From Hyphochytrium catenoides (Eukaryota; Protista; Hyphochytriomycota): DNA of 64,000 nt. Position 1 is the first letter of the stretch; every line of letters starts with the position of its first letter. A program made the position numbers and the translations under genes. The notes beneath the pieces are model-generated. The model saw only the letters and a program-made list of their open reading frames with translations. It did not search any database and was not told the origin of the DNA. The stretch spans positions 143,876 to 207,875 of the forward strand of contig FLMG01001956.1 in the NCBI GenBank assembly GCA_900088475.1, given 5' to 3'. This document shows positions 51,151 through 64,000 of this stretch, piece after piece.

Positions 51151-51408
51151 AATTGACAGTAAGGGAATGGTGGTGGGCTCGAGAGAAGAGCAGGAAGAGG
51201 CATCATCCCCTTTCCCACGTTTCGTCGTCATCTTGCTTTCTTCCTTCTCCTTCTCATGCTTTCGTTCTTTTGTCCTGGCGCTTCATCGACGTCGTCAGGA
51301 TAATTTGAGCGATAGAGTGGAGCGGCGGAGAAGTAAGGGCCTCCAGACAGGAGGTGTATATAGCTTGCGCCTTACTATCAGGAGAGCGTCAGGTCATTAA
51401 CCGGAGCA

Positions 51409-54400
51409 ATGCCAACCGCCAAGAGAAAGGTTAACGGCTCCCCAGCCAACGGGGTCCTGCCTAAGCGCCGTAACACCGAGGGGAACCACATGGGAGCCAC
51501 AGGAAAGCTCGTACTGAAGGATGGCGCCGCCTACACTGGCTATTCTTTTGGAGCCAAGCGCTCAATGGCAGGAGAAGTCGTGTTCAATACTGGGATGGTT
51601 GGCTACCCGGAGGCACTGACGGATCCTTCTTACCGGGGGCAAATCCTAGTTCTTACCTTTCCTTTGGTCGGCAACTACGGCGTTCCGTGCACCAAGCAGC
51701 AGGACGACTTTGGTTTACCCGCCAATTTTGAGTCGCTCGAGATTCAGATTGCTGGACTTATTGTCCAGGAATACTCTCATGATCATAGCCATTGGGCAGC
51801 CGTCAAGTCTCTATCCGAATGGCTGCAGGAGTCGAACATACCTGCACTTTATGGCATTGACACTAGAATGTTAACCAAGAAAATCCGTCAAACCGGTGCT
51901 CTCCTTGGCAAAATTGAGTTTGAGGATGATCCAGTAGACTTCGTGGACCCCAATAAGAGGAACCTAGTAGCTGAGGTTACCATCAAGGAGCCGCGTGTGT
52001 TCAACAAGGGGGCAAAGTTCAGAATTATTGCCTTTGACTGCGGTATGAAGCTGAACATCATCAGGTAACAGTGTCAAGTCCTCGCAACCACTTTCAGCCA
52101 GTTTCTCTCCTTTGTGATTGGGCTTGCCCATGGCAGCGTACCCCTTTAGCTGTCGCCTTTTAGGGGCTTTCTGCTGCTATCGGTCTCAGTTTGTGCCTCG
52201 CGCAAGAAACCTCACTGTTCGGCCTTATCTGACTCGCTTTACGTAGGTTTTTAGCCGCAAAGGACATCGAACTCTTCGTAGTCCCATATGACTATGACCT
52301 AGCCAACACCGACTATCCTTATGATGGCATCTTCATTAGTAATGGGCCCGGAGACCCGGTAATGGCTTCGGCAACCGTTAAGTCCATTCGGTGGGCCATC
52401 CAGCAAGAGAATCCGAAGCCAGTCTTCGGTATCTGTCTTGGAAACCAAATCTTGGCCCTTGCCATTGGCGCCAAGACTTACAAAATGAAGTTTGGAAACC
52501 GCAGCATGAACCAGCCGTGTATTGATATGAGAACTACGAGGTAAGGGGCTTGAGGAGATTCGGTTATAAAGGTCTCGGTTTGCCTTTTCCCATGCTTCTC
52601 TCCATGTACCTTCCTTCTTTGGCGCTTTCTTTCCAGCTACACTTCTTTCCAGCTACACTTTATGTCTATTGCCACCTTATCCTTGGCTAATGCTCGCTCC
52701 TCTCTTTCAGGTGCTATATTACTCCGCAGAACCACGGCTATGCGGTCGACTCTGCCTCCCTTCCTGAGGGCTGGAAGACGTTCTTCATGAACGCTAATGA
52801 CTACACAAATGAGGGTATTATGCATACCTCTAAGCCCTTTTTCTCGGTTCAATTCCATCCTGAGGCTTGTGGCGGGCCTATGGACACGAGCTTCCTTTTC
52901 GACATGTTCCTTGCGAGGGTCGCTGGGGCACCTGCGGAGGTGACAGTGTTGGACACTAGTATGTTCATTACCAAGACCATCAAGAAGGTCTTACTTATCG
53001 GCTCAGGTGGCCTTTCAATCGGCCAAGCTGGAGAGTTCGACTACTCAGGCTCTCAGGCTATCAAGGCTCTTAAAGAGGAGGGCCTGGAGGTTGTGCTGAT
53101 CAACCCCAACATTGCCACTGTACAAACTTCTAAGGGCATGGCAGACAGAGTATATTTCCTTCCTGTTAAGGCTAACTTCGTAGAAGAAGTTATCAAGAAG
53201 GAGAGACCTCAGGGGATCATTGTCAGTATGGGAGGACAGACGGCGCTGAACGTTGGCGTAGAGCTGTATAACAGCGGTGTGTTGAAGAAATATGACGTCG
53301 AAGTTCTTGGTACTCCTATTCCGGTCATTATCAACACCGAGGACAGAGAACTCTTCTCCGCGAAGCTACAGGAAATCGGAGAAACTGCCGCTCTTTCTTA
53401 TCCTGCTCAGACTATCGACGAGGCGAAGAAGGCAGCAGCTATGATCGGCTATCCAGTCTTGGTGCGTGCTGCCTTTGCGCTTGGTGGACTTGGCTCCGGC
53501 TTCGCAGCAAATGAGGAGGAGCTAGTGGCACTGGCAAAGAAGGCTTTTGCCTCTTCCGACCAGATTCTTATCGATCAGGACTTGAGGGGCTGGAAGGAGG
53601 TGGAGTATGAGGTAGTGCGTGACGTAAAGGACAATTGCATTACAGTCTGCAACATGGAGAACTTTGATCCGCTGGGTATTCATACAGGTAAGCGGGTAAG
53701 GAGGATAGAACAGCAGAAGTTGATGAAAGCTTGAACATCTCGAGTTGTCAGTGGCATCACTCTATTACTTCTTTATTCGACTTCGCGGTTGATCTCAGTC
53801 TAGATAGTATTCTAGTCTGGTCTAAAATTCCTTTTGTGTTTGCTTCATCGGTAGGCGACTCGATTGTGGTTGCTCCTTCTCAGACTCTCAGCAACCGAGA
53901 GTACTTCAAGCTTCGTTCGGTGGCGCAAAAAGTCGTAAGACACCTGGGAATCGTTGGAGAATGTAACATCCAGTACGCACTGTCTCCCGATAGCGAGCGC
54001 TACTGCATTATTGAGGTCAACGCTCGCCTCTCTCGGTCCAGCGCCCTAGCCTCCAAGGCTACTGGCTATCCTCTTGCGTACGTAGCAGCCAAGCTCTCCC
54101 TTGGTATCGATCTTGTCAGCATCAAGAACAGCGTGACCACCACCACAACGGCTTGTTTTGAGCCTTCTTTGGATTATTGCGTGGTCAAGATGCCTCGATG
54201 GGACTTGAAGAAGTTCAACAGGGTCAGCAAGGACCTTGGCAGTCGAATGCTAAGCGTCGGCGAGGTTATGTCGATTGGAAGAAACTTCGAGGAGGCCATT
54301 CAGAAAGCCGTGAGAATGGTCAACCCGAACCTGATGGGGCTTGATGGATCGCCCATAGCAGAGAAGCTGAACGAGAAGACACTGCCCGAGAAACTGAAGA

Positions 54401-57400
54401 ATCCTACAGACGAAAGGTATGGGGGCCTACTTTTTACCATAGGCTCTTAGTATGAGATTTAAAGCAGCGGCGACATCTTGACGAAGTTAAATGATTAGCC
54501 AATATCTGTGGGCGTCAGGGCTAAATCGGAAGAGGACAGCTGCGAGCTTGAGTTACAGTGTCAAAAAATCTTACACTGGCCTTAGACCTGACTACCGATT
54601 CCCTCATTCGAATGTGTATGCAGGCTCTTCTATGTTGCAGAGGCGCTGGATCTCGGTTGGTCCGTAGATAAGATTTACAATCTTACCAAGATTGATCGCT
54701 GGTTCCTGTCCAAGCTTAGGAACATCTCCAACCTCCGCAAGGAATTTAAGGGCCAATCCTTGGAGAGCTTAGATGTCACCAGCTTTCGCAGACTTAAGCA
54801 GGCTGGCTTCGGAGATCAGCAAATAGCGGACATGCTTCGCAGCACAGAGCTTGTAGTGCGAAGAAAGAGGATTGCCTTCGGAGTCGTGCCTATAGTGAAG
54901 CAGATTGACACTCTCGCTGCTGAATACCCTGCAACAACAAACTATCTCTACTGCACCTATAACGGTTCCGAGCACGATGTAGGAGTGGATGTGACGGCCC
55001 CAGGGGTGATGGTGCTAGGATGTGGACCCTACTGCATTGGCAGCAGCGTAGAGTTCGATTGGTGCGCCGTCAGCGCAATTAGAGAGGTCCGGAGCTCAGG
55101 CAACCGCGGCATCGTGGTCAACTGCAACCCAGAAACCGTGAGCACTGATTATGACGAGTGTGACCGACTATATTTTGAAGAGCTGACTTTCGAGAGAGTC
55201 CTGGATATCTATGAGCACGAGGATGCTAGTGGCGTCATCATCTCAGTCGGAGGCCAGGTTTGTCCCAGTCAACTTCTAGAACACCCGCTTTCTCTTGTTT
55301 GACTTCGGATGCTTCAGCCGTCTCTAGCCATCTATTTCTAGGTCTCTCTTCAGGTTTATCTTCAGATTCTCAACTAGTAGTGATGATGTTGTGTTCTCAG
55401 CGATGCTCTAATATCCCACAGGGTATCCTACTGCTAACCTCTGTCTTGTATTTAGATCCCCAACAATCTTTCCATGCCCCTCTACCGTGCCGGAGTCAAC
55501 ATTCTGGGTACTAGCCCGGAGAGCATCGATAACTGCGAAGACAGAAACAAGTTCTCTGCGCTTCTCGATACACTTGGTGTGGACCAGCCAAGGTAAACCC
55601 TTACACCCGCATGAGGAAATCAATTCCGTGCCTCTATCCATCTCTTGATTGTAAGCTTTGTCCTCGCCTGTCAGACCAGTGTACTACTAAGTCATGGGTG
55701 GTTCGAGATGGAGGGAGTAACATGTATTCCTTTTGCAGGTGGGCTGAGGTGAAGACTCCTAAGCAGGCTGCGCAGTTCTCTAAGGAGGTGGGATATCCTG
55801 TTCTTGTCCGGCCCAGTTACGTTCTCAGTGGTGCGGCCATGAGGGTGGCAAGTAGCGAGTCAGAGCTCCTAACGTAAGGTTTCATGTCCGCCAAACATTG
55901 CTTTGACTCAGGACTGACTAAGTTGTCGACCCTCACATTCTCTACCAACTTACAGCTACCTAGAGCTTGCTGTGGACACAACCAAGACCTCCTCTATCTG
56001 TGTATCGAAGTTTATTGTGAATGCTAAGGAGATTGAGTTCGACGGTGTATCAAAGGATGGCCAGATCATCAACTATGCTATATCGGAGCACGTTGAAAAC
56101 GCAGGTAAGTCAAAGTTCACACCGAGCGGCCCATAGGGGTTACCTTCATAGTGCTATTGGGAAGGCAGTGAAGGAGGATAATCGAGGGAAAGGGGAACTC
56201 GACAGAGACCGCGGATTGAGGAAGGGCGCATCCTTGAGAGCACCGAGGAACAGTGAGAGGAATGGCGCATAGTATTTGACTGGGTGAGTGGCAACCATCT
56301 TTAGGAACAAGATTATGACCCGCGACCTCTTCTTCGCAGGCGTCCATTCTGGGGATGCTACTCTTCTCCTTCCGGCTCAGCGCCTCTACGTGCACACCAT
56401 CAAGCAAGTGAAGAGGATCGCCCAATCCATCTCTACCGCGCTGAAAATCTCAGGACCTTTTAACATCCAGCTTATGGCCAAGGATAACTACGTGAAAGTC
56501 ATCGAGTGCAATCTGCGCGCTTCACGGACGTTTCCATTCATTTCTAAGACTTTTGACTTCAACTTCATCAGTCTGGCAACAAAAATTATGATTGGGCTGC
56601 CGGTCAAACCGTTCCCAATTGCTTTGGTGGACATTGACTATGTGGGAGTGAAGGCACCACAGTTCTCCTTTACTAGGCTTCAGGTATGCAGGCAGCGTCA
56701 AATTAACACCTGGAATGTGCAAGAGAAAAGAGCGGATGATGAAAGAGAGCATCAAGAGTTACCAAATACAACGTAGTATCTCGAGGACCTTGGGGGAAAG
56801 TGAACTTTTGACTACATCTAACTCTCTTGCAGGGCGCCGACCCCACTCTTGGAGTCGAGATGGCTTCAACAGGAGAAGTGGCATGCTTTGGAACTGATGT
56901 CCATGATGCTTATCTCAAGGCGCTTTTATCCTCTGGCTTCAACTTGCCAAAGAAGGAGAAGTAAGAGGCTAACGTGTCTTTGCTGCCTAGCCACCTCTCT
57001 ACGAACGTATCGGTCATCTTACTCCTCGCCTTCTATTGTTGCAGTGGCATCCTCATATCCCTTGGCGATGAGAGCAGCAAGCTCGAGTTCTTGGAATCTG
57101 CGCAGGCTCTAGAGGAGATGGGGTACAAGCTCTACGCCACCGAAGGCACAGCGAACTTCCTCCGTGAGCACGAAGTAAAGGTGACTGTTTTGCACAAGCC
57201 TAACTCTAAGAAGACGCCTGGTGTCATTGAGTACATCAACGAAAAGAAGGTGGATCTGGTTATTAACGTATCCGAGGTAGGTTGCACGGCTCTGACGGCC
57301 TCGTCCTATCCTTCTCACGTACTGCTATGTTGAATGATGGTTACTTGCTTATGGCTCTCATAACTCTCCTTTGTCGACGCTGACCCATGGTATGCTCTTG

Positions 57401-57820
57401 TCCATCAGCTCGCATCTCTTGTTCCTCCGTTTCTCCTCATCTGCGAGTAGCTTGGCCTTTTCCTCTCTCCTGCAACACTTGCTACTTTCTTCATTCTGTT
57501 TGCTATGGAGAGGACCCTTTCATTTGCACGCTTTGAGAGTGACTTGCATTCCTTCACCCATTTTTTTCCCCTAGGGCTCTTCCAAGGAAGAAATCACTGA
57601 TGGATACTTAATGCGACGTGCGGCCGTGGACTTTGGTGCATCTCTCATTACGAACGCCAAGTGCGCGGTGCTGCTGGTCCAGGCGCTGACCAAAGCTCTG
57701 GAAAACAAGAAGCTGGAGATCATGAACATCACAGAATATTACCGGTTGCCTGTTGCGGGCTGGAGCACGGGGGGTCCTCCAGTAGGGGGAGCTCACCGAA
57801 AACTGTCGACCACTTATTAG
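51409..57820 (+). CDS. CPS: Glutamine-dependent carbamoyl-phosphate synthetase: fused GATase (small) + synthetase (large) + MGS-like domain, 12 exons
   Basis: [41 protein letters not shown] (Cys nucleophile), [115 protein letters not shown]; 11 GT-AG introns traced; stop at 57820. Confidence 0.97.
52627..52658 (+). repeat. Perfect 16-bp tandem duplication (TTCTTTCCAGCTACAC x2) in CPS intron 2
   Basis: Read directly from the sequence. Confidence 0.85.
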
Positions 57821-58708
57821 TCATTCCCTCTCTCAGTTCCGTACGATAAAGAATAGCTGACTAGGTCTAATGCTAAGTAAGCCCACTTTATCTTGCTGCG
57901 GAGCGCATCTCAGCACATAATAGACTCTTAACATATGAGGAGAGAAGCTGAGCGAGGCCCTTATCATTATCATGTCGGCACTCGTTAAACCTTCCACTCT
58001 GCTTTACATCATAAAACTTTTTGACATTTTCTTGTCCTCTTCTTTCTATGGACGTGACTTCTCTTTTCTTTGTTGAGTAAGCTGAGACTGTGCAAGTGCC
58101 GAACACTGAGTGTGTAGGATAGATAGAAGAAGGACATGGAATAAGGAAGACAAGCAACGACAAGGGGCGCGAAGGAGGGAGTAGGAGACCGGCAGAGAAG
58201 GAAGGAAAGAGATAGAGGTGGCGTTTGGCCCCTTTTCTTTTTGGGTAAGTTATATATTGACGGAGAAGAGTGATAAGTGGAGAGAAGAGAGATCAGATAC
58301 GTGACGCCAGCAGCGACCCTGGCGCACCATAGAGAGCCTAGCTTAGCGCATGACGGCCCAACCCCAGCACAACTGCCTCCCTTCAGAGCAGGGGCAATGG
58401 GCAGTGGCAGACAAGGGACGGTGTCAATGTAACCTCACTGGACCCATACAGTACCGCCATCAATAGATACAGTAGATAGCTACCACAACGACTAAACTCT
58501 AAGAGCCTTCGTTCTTGTTGTCCCCAGCTTGATCTGCTTTCACACTCATCATTGCTACGAAGTAAAGGCCTTTTATAAAAAATCAAAAGGTGGATCATAT
58601 TTTAATTTAACATGGGACCTAATGCCGGAGTACTGCTTTTTATAGGGCTAGACATTTCTTTTATTCGGTTTTTATGAGATAAGGCGTTACTAACCCATCC
58701 GAAGCAAA

Positions 58709-59000
58709 GGGGGGGGAAAGGGGGGGGCGCAAGAGCTTCTGAGTAACGATTGTAAGGGAGGGGAAGTAGGCATGCTGGAGAGAGAGAGAGAGAGGAAGAG
58801 AGACACAGGCAGACAGACAGAGAGGGACAGAGATAGAGATAGAGAAGAGAGTCAGACAGAGAGAGAGAAGCGAGAGCGAGTTAGACAGCAGAGAGAGAGA
58901 GAGAGAAGAGAGAGAGAGCAGCAAAAGATAAAAAAGGTAGGGAAGTCAAAAGGGGCCCTGAAGAGAGGAAAAGAGTGAGAGAGGACAGACAGAGGAAGGA
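58709..59000 (+). repeat. G8-AAA-G8 run followed by an imperfect (GA)n tract
   Basis: gggggggg aaa gggggggg at ~58709-58727 and gagagagaga/gacagaga runs at ~58775-59000. Confidence 0.8.
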
Positions 59001-60392
59001 ACGAGGAGGATTGGAGGTGACGCTGAGGTGTCTCCTCTACGAATGATAGGGAGAGAACGGGAGGAGCGAAAGGGAGGGACAAAGGAAGCTATGAGATGTT
59101 GACACAAAAGGAGAGAAGTAGAGTGGGGAGAGAGAAGATGAGAGGAAAGTTGACAGAGAGCACCGTTGTTTCTTAACGACAGTTGTGGCGAAGGAGGCAG
59201 GGTTGGAGAGACTGCTTTCCCTATGAGTCAAGCACTTCGAAGCGCTTCATCATCATCACCCCTCCTTGGCTGCCTAGAGAAGGACGGCGGTAATTGGGCA
59301 TCGACCTGCTATTTTTAGTATTTAGGTAAAGATGAGAGAAACAGCACCAGTTGATGGGTTGATCTGCCTGGGTAGCACCAAGGATTGCTAGGAAAGGGAT
59401 GATGGCAGCAAGAAGCTGCCGTGTAGAGTGAATAGGTAGTTAGAAGCCGCGAGGGGAGGGCTGATAAGACGCTCACAGCAGTCTTTTAGGAGGGAGAAGA
59501 CGAGGCAACGCCGAAATGGAAGGATAACGGTTGCCATTGTGGCGGTTGTCAAGGGAGGTGATGGGATGGGAAAGGACTCTGACACGCCTTCCCCTACGTG
59601 CCCGCTCTACGCTATTCTATTCTTGTTCTTCTGGCCCTGTTGACCTCCTTTAAAGCACAGTGACGAGGTCATCATGTCAATGAGGATCAAGGCAAGCGGA
59701 GAAGAATGGCTCCCCATGTGATGTGTCTCTTATAAGTTAAGGCAAGACCCCTCGGGAACAAGTTTCCCGTTATTAGAATGCATTCTTTTAGAGCGTTCGT
59801 CCTTGCCATAACTTACATAGCTCCATCGGCTCCGTGACCCACCTGCTGCCACTTGGCCATTCCTCCTTTCGCCGTGTTAACCTCGCCGCTTTGCACAGAG
59901 ATAAAAGCATTCACCACTCGTTAGATGCTTTCTGGGATCCTTGATCTTTCCGACTTCCAATGGGTAATGCTCTAACGAGAAAGAAGGGATCAGGCCCTTC
60001 TGCAATGATGTTGTTCTGAGTCACTCCACCGGCACACTGCTACCTAGGCCATTGAGGAGTAAGCGGCAAAAACCCAGTTTGACTACTAATTGGCACTTAA
60101 CTATAGTGAGGTTGGCAGTGCTCGGTAGTGGGACCGAGAATCGGGCGGACAACAACGAGTAACATCTGGCGACAAGCGGGTGAAGTCGGAAGAAGAGCAT
60201 TAGGACAAAGCTCGCTTGTACGTCGTTTACCAAGAAGGATACCCTTAACATCTAATGGCGCGCTGATGAGGGCTGCAGGTGGCAGAAGACGAGACAGGAA
60301 CAGCAGATATATGATTGGAAAGGAAAGAACTGAGACGTTTGATGACCGGTAGAGAAAGAAAGCCACAAGAAGCCTTGGGGCCACTCGCAGCC

Positions 60393-62548
60393 ATGTCTCG
60401 CCAACTTCATCATCACGTTTTCAAGAACGAGTCTCTGCCATACTCTAGCTGCACCTCAACCATCGTGGTTCGGCACTCCTGTGTCGTCTTTATGCTGTCA
60501 GTACTAGGATTCTTCCACATCAGCTCTTTATCAATGTCCCTAGTTTCTCCTCTCCCATTGTCTTCCTACCCTTCCCGACAACCCCATGTACATGATGATG
60601 AGTCGACTACGATGCCACAGGCCCAAAACCCTCCGACGACGGTCTTTGATGAGGTGCTTTCATGGGAGAAACGAGATGAGCTATCACTGCTCGCTCTGGT
60701 TCCACCTACGGAAGCCAGATCAGGGGGAAGATGGGAGGATGACCCACATGGCAGTAGCATTGAACCGATCAAGATAGCTGCTACTACCTTAGCGAATTCA
60801 TCAAGCTCTCCTCCCGTCCCATCTCCTCTTTTTGAGAGGGATGAGGGTAGTGCCCAAACGTCATCATCTCAGTCGTCATCTCTCAATACAAGCTTGCCTG
60901 GCAGCGGCAGTGGCGCAGAAGCGGAAACTGTGGATGAGTATTATCCTTACCCTTCGCCTGACTCTCCCATCCAGAGAGCTTTCGTGGCCATAGCGCAGAT
61001 CAACCTTGCTGTCTCATTCCTCGCCTCCACTATTACCTCTGTTATGGTTTACCGGCGGAGGCACATGTTCCCTCTGTATGCGCTCAACACGAAGGCGCTC
61101 TTGCTAAATGAAGCAACCATTCCCTTCACTGTCTGGGCTTGGAGCTTGAGCTACGTCAGCCCGGACGCTTACTGCTGGTTCCAGCTGCTCTTCTGGGCCA
61201 CGGGATTGTTTCCCACAGTCTCGTTTTTGCTATTCTCAGTTGTCAAGCTATACTTGGACCACAAGGTAAATAGTGACAAGGTGAGGAACGCAAGTACGTG
61301 GGCGTACTGGGTTTACTCGCACCTACGAAGGCCCATCGTGCATATCCCTCTTCTGTTAGCCATCTGGGTGGAGAGCTGGATCTCTATCATTCCGCGGGCT
61401 GTCCGGCAGGTGCCATACTGGGGCGAGCCAGTGACTCATGAGGGCTGCAACCAGTACACGGACTTTGACGTAAGTTCTGATGATGGTACTGCACAGTAGT
61501 AAGAATGGTAGAGAAAGGGCTTCCTAGCACTGACCTTTCCTTGACCTTGGCCTTTAGGCTTCCTTCTCACTCCCAACAGAATATGGCTGACGTGATCAAC
61601 TATGCAGTGTATACGGCACTCACCATACTTTCGGCGCTATTTCTGCTGGGTTCTGTGGAAGAAGCTTTCCATTTGAAGCCAAAGCTCATCTGGGCCAGCG
61701 TTATTCTTGGCCTCACGCTGCAGTTCTACTATGTAATCCTCTACACTTATGACTACTTCAAGGATCCAGTGACCTGGGCTATTCTTCAGACGGTGTCATC
61801 TCTGTCTTGTGCTGTTGCCGTCCATCTCTACACTTGGATTGTGCCCATCCCAACCCTCCTCGAGTCTTACCGTTACGAGCGCAAGCACAGAGGCCAGCAT
61901 GATGATGACGTGAGAGTGGCAGACGTAAATAGGGTCCAACCGTTCTGTCACAATTTAACGAATGGAGACAGCATCCTTCGTCGTGTAAGCAGTCCAATCC
62001 AACTGCGAGATCGACTGTTTACTTGTGATCCTTCTTTGCTGGACAGCTTTCAGGCCTATCTAGTCAAGGAATTCGCAGTAGAGAACATATTATACCTTCG
62101 CACTTCCATGGAATTTCACCGGGCCAAGACTAAGGCAGAGCGCGTCCAGCTGTCCTTAGAGATGAGAGGCGAGTATTTAGAGAAGGGAGCTCTGAGGGAG
62201 ATCAATATTGGAGAGGACATGAAAGTAGAGCTGTGTGCCCTGGTGAAGCGTGGCATTGCTACGGAGCCGGAGTGCTGGGAGAAAGTAGATCTGGATGTGT
62301 GTGCCATGCTGATGGACTCTTACAACCGCTTTATCTTGCGTCGTTCCCAACAAGGACAAGCAGGAGCTAGTCTTGTGTCACCCGCCGCACGAAACACCAA
62401 AGAGGAGCAAGCAGGTGATTTCCAAAGCCACCAGCAGGATGGAGGAGCAGCAACTGAGACACTGAAGAACGTAGATTCGACGAGGAAGTCGATTCGATAT
62501 AGTGGACAGTGTCAAGTGATCCCCACTGAGAACGTGGAGGATTTATAA
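60393..62548 (+). CDS. 7TM-RGS protein (GPCR-like domain fused to regulator of G-protein signalling), exons 60393-61469 and 61580-62548
   Basis: Phase-0 GTAAGT...CAG intron joins the two ORFs; seven hydrophobic segments; RGS box DPSLLDSFQAYLVKEFAVENILY...EYLEKGALREINI...DVCAMLMDSYNRF. The start codon is uncertain (60393 or a downstream Met). Confidence 0.85.
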
Positions 62549-64000
62549 CTGCAAATCATTAGGTTTGCTATATTGGAAAGCCTCCTCCCCTCTCTCCTCA
62601 TGAACTTCAGATAGGTCAATCATAGAAGCTCACTGTTGTCATAATATATAGACATTGTTGACTATCGCCAGCAGCTACCTATAGCTCGAGGTGCTGGGAG
62701 CTTTCATTTCACCATCAAAATGCCGTCTAATAGGAGGAGGAAAGAGCGAAAAGGACGTTTACATCGCGCAGCGGATTGTCTTTGCATGGCAGTCAGCTCC
62801 CCTCAAAATAGTTTAGTTAGTTCCGGAGTGTTAATGGGGGACCAATCCCCTACTTGGAGAGAGTATATAGCAGTCTGCATGATGAGGATACGCTGTGAGC
62901 AGTCATCAGAGTTGACCTCGAGGTTCAAACCGAAAGCATGACACAGGGGACGCGGTTTAGCTGGGTGCGCCTTGAGAAAGGTGGACTGTTGATACTTTGT
63001 GCTCTTCGTAGAGACTGATGAATGGATTGATTGATCAACTGAACAAGCGCTCACCAAGTCCTTTTCTAAGGTTCTTCTGGCGCTACCTAGCTAAATAGTG
63101 AACTCGCTAACTAACAGCTATCGCTACTGGACTACTTCCTGCTGGACCGTAAGTCCGAGATATCAAGCGCAACGTATGCAAGATAGAAGAAGTAGTTCAG
63201 ACTGCCATCAGAAACTTCCATCTGCAAAGGCGTACCGCGGAAGAAACCCAGCACAGTCTAGTGGTCGAGGCAGGGCAAGCTAGACTTCCAGTACAAAGTT
63301 CGGGAACGCTAGTAGGCCAGAGAGACTTCTAGGATTCCTTACACGGCAACAATCTTCTTGAGTCCGCATCGTTCAACCCCGTCCTGATGAATAGAAAAGC
63401 TACTACTAACCGCTTTGACCTGCATAAGTGTGTCGGGTGCGCTAATAATAAGCAGCGATGGATGTCCAGCACTCTGGAGCGGAGTCGGGAGCCGACGCCT
63501 CTCCTATCCTCACTCCACCCTCAGTACAACGAAGAAGAGAATGTCTAAACGACTGCCGGTGAGCGGTAGCATCGTGACACTTTGGGCAGCACTGTCCAGC
63601 CTATGTTTCTCTCCCATTCTACTCCGCGCAAGCATGGACCCCACCAGTAATGTAGAAGAGTTAGGAATGTCGTTTTCCCCTAACTGCTGGTAGCATCTTA
63701 ACACTTGGTGATGGGCCCCAAGACGACGCAGCACGACGAGCTAGACTCACGGGGGAGGAGCTAAAGTATTCTCTTGGATTCGCCACTATCATCATCTGCC
63801 CACCATGCCGTACACCTCGAGCTTACTTTACTAGCTCAAGGTATCCATTGTGCTTCTCCGCTTGTTGCTTTCTGACCGGAGAGAGTCGTACTCTTAGCGG
63901 TGTAACGGACGGCTTCATACGACAAAGAATCCATCATGAGCTCCAGTTAGTATCCTGGAGGAAGGCTGTGCCGCTGTCCGTTACAAGTGGGGACGGCTCT

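Noticed and set aside
50709-51308. Arg/Glu-rich ORF 50709..51308, and similar ORFs at 46068-46443 and 58661-59231
   Set aside because: Translations of GA/TC low-complexity tracts, not credible proteins.
21867-57820. Amt and CPS as a nitrogen-assimilation cluster
   Set aside because: They are ~28 kb apart and separated by unrelated housekeeping genes; no evidence of co-regulation.
61536-61545. U12-like branch TTTCCTTGAC in the 7TM-RGS intron
   Set aside because: The donor is canonical U2 GTAAGT, and the nearest AG (61557) would break the frame.
62720-64000. Short ORFs downstream of the 7TM-RGS gene
   Set aside because: No motifs, coding signal or splice model that I can support.

Overview
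Eukaryotic nuclear DNA, gene-dense and intron-rich (short GT-AG introns with CTRAC branch points), with two N-gaps. I reconstructed 15 protein-coding genes by hand: a GT-A-fold glycosyltransferase-like protein, exocyst Sec6/EXOC3, a UBL+AN1 zinc finger, AATF/Bfr2, the serine palmitoyltransferase small subunit (with a textbook U12-type minor intron), an intronless DUF445 membrane protein, an Amt ammonium transporter, TXNDC9/PhLP3, NME7/NDK7, WDR89, a ~14 kb BLTP2/FMP27/SABRE gene, HINT/Hnt1, CMC2 (not recoverable from the ORF track), a secreted protein of three 6-Cys repeats, a fused GATase+synthetase carbamoyl-phosphate synthetase and a 7TM-RGS protein. Gene-poor stretches lie at ~14.8-21.7, 45.6-48.4, 49.2-51.1, 57.9-60.3 and 62.6-64 kb. 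Gene content (axonemal NME7, minor intron, GAT-CPS without DHOase/ATCase, oomycete-like secreted repeat) suggests a flagellated stramenopile such as an oomycete or hyphochytrid; this is inference only. No CRISPR array, rRNA, tRNA or intact transposon was seen. I found no clearly new multi-gene system. The best leads are the U12 intron, the CCAAT cluster upstream of the Cys-repeat gene, a Lys at a pore position of the Amt, the 7TM-RGS, and a uORF abutting the CPS start. Family calls come from motif recognition, not database searches; internal exon boundaries of the large genes are only partly checked.
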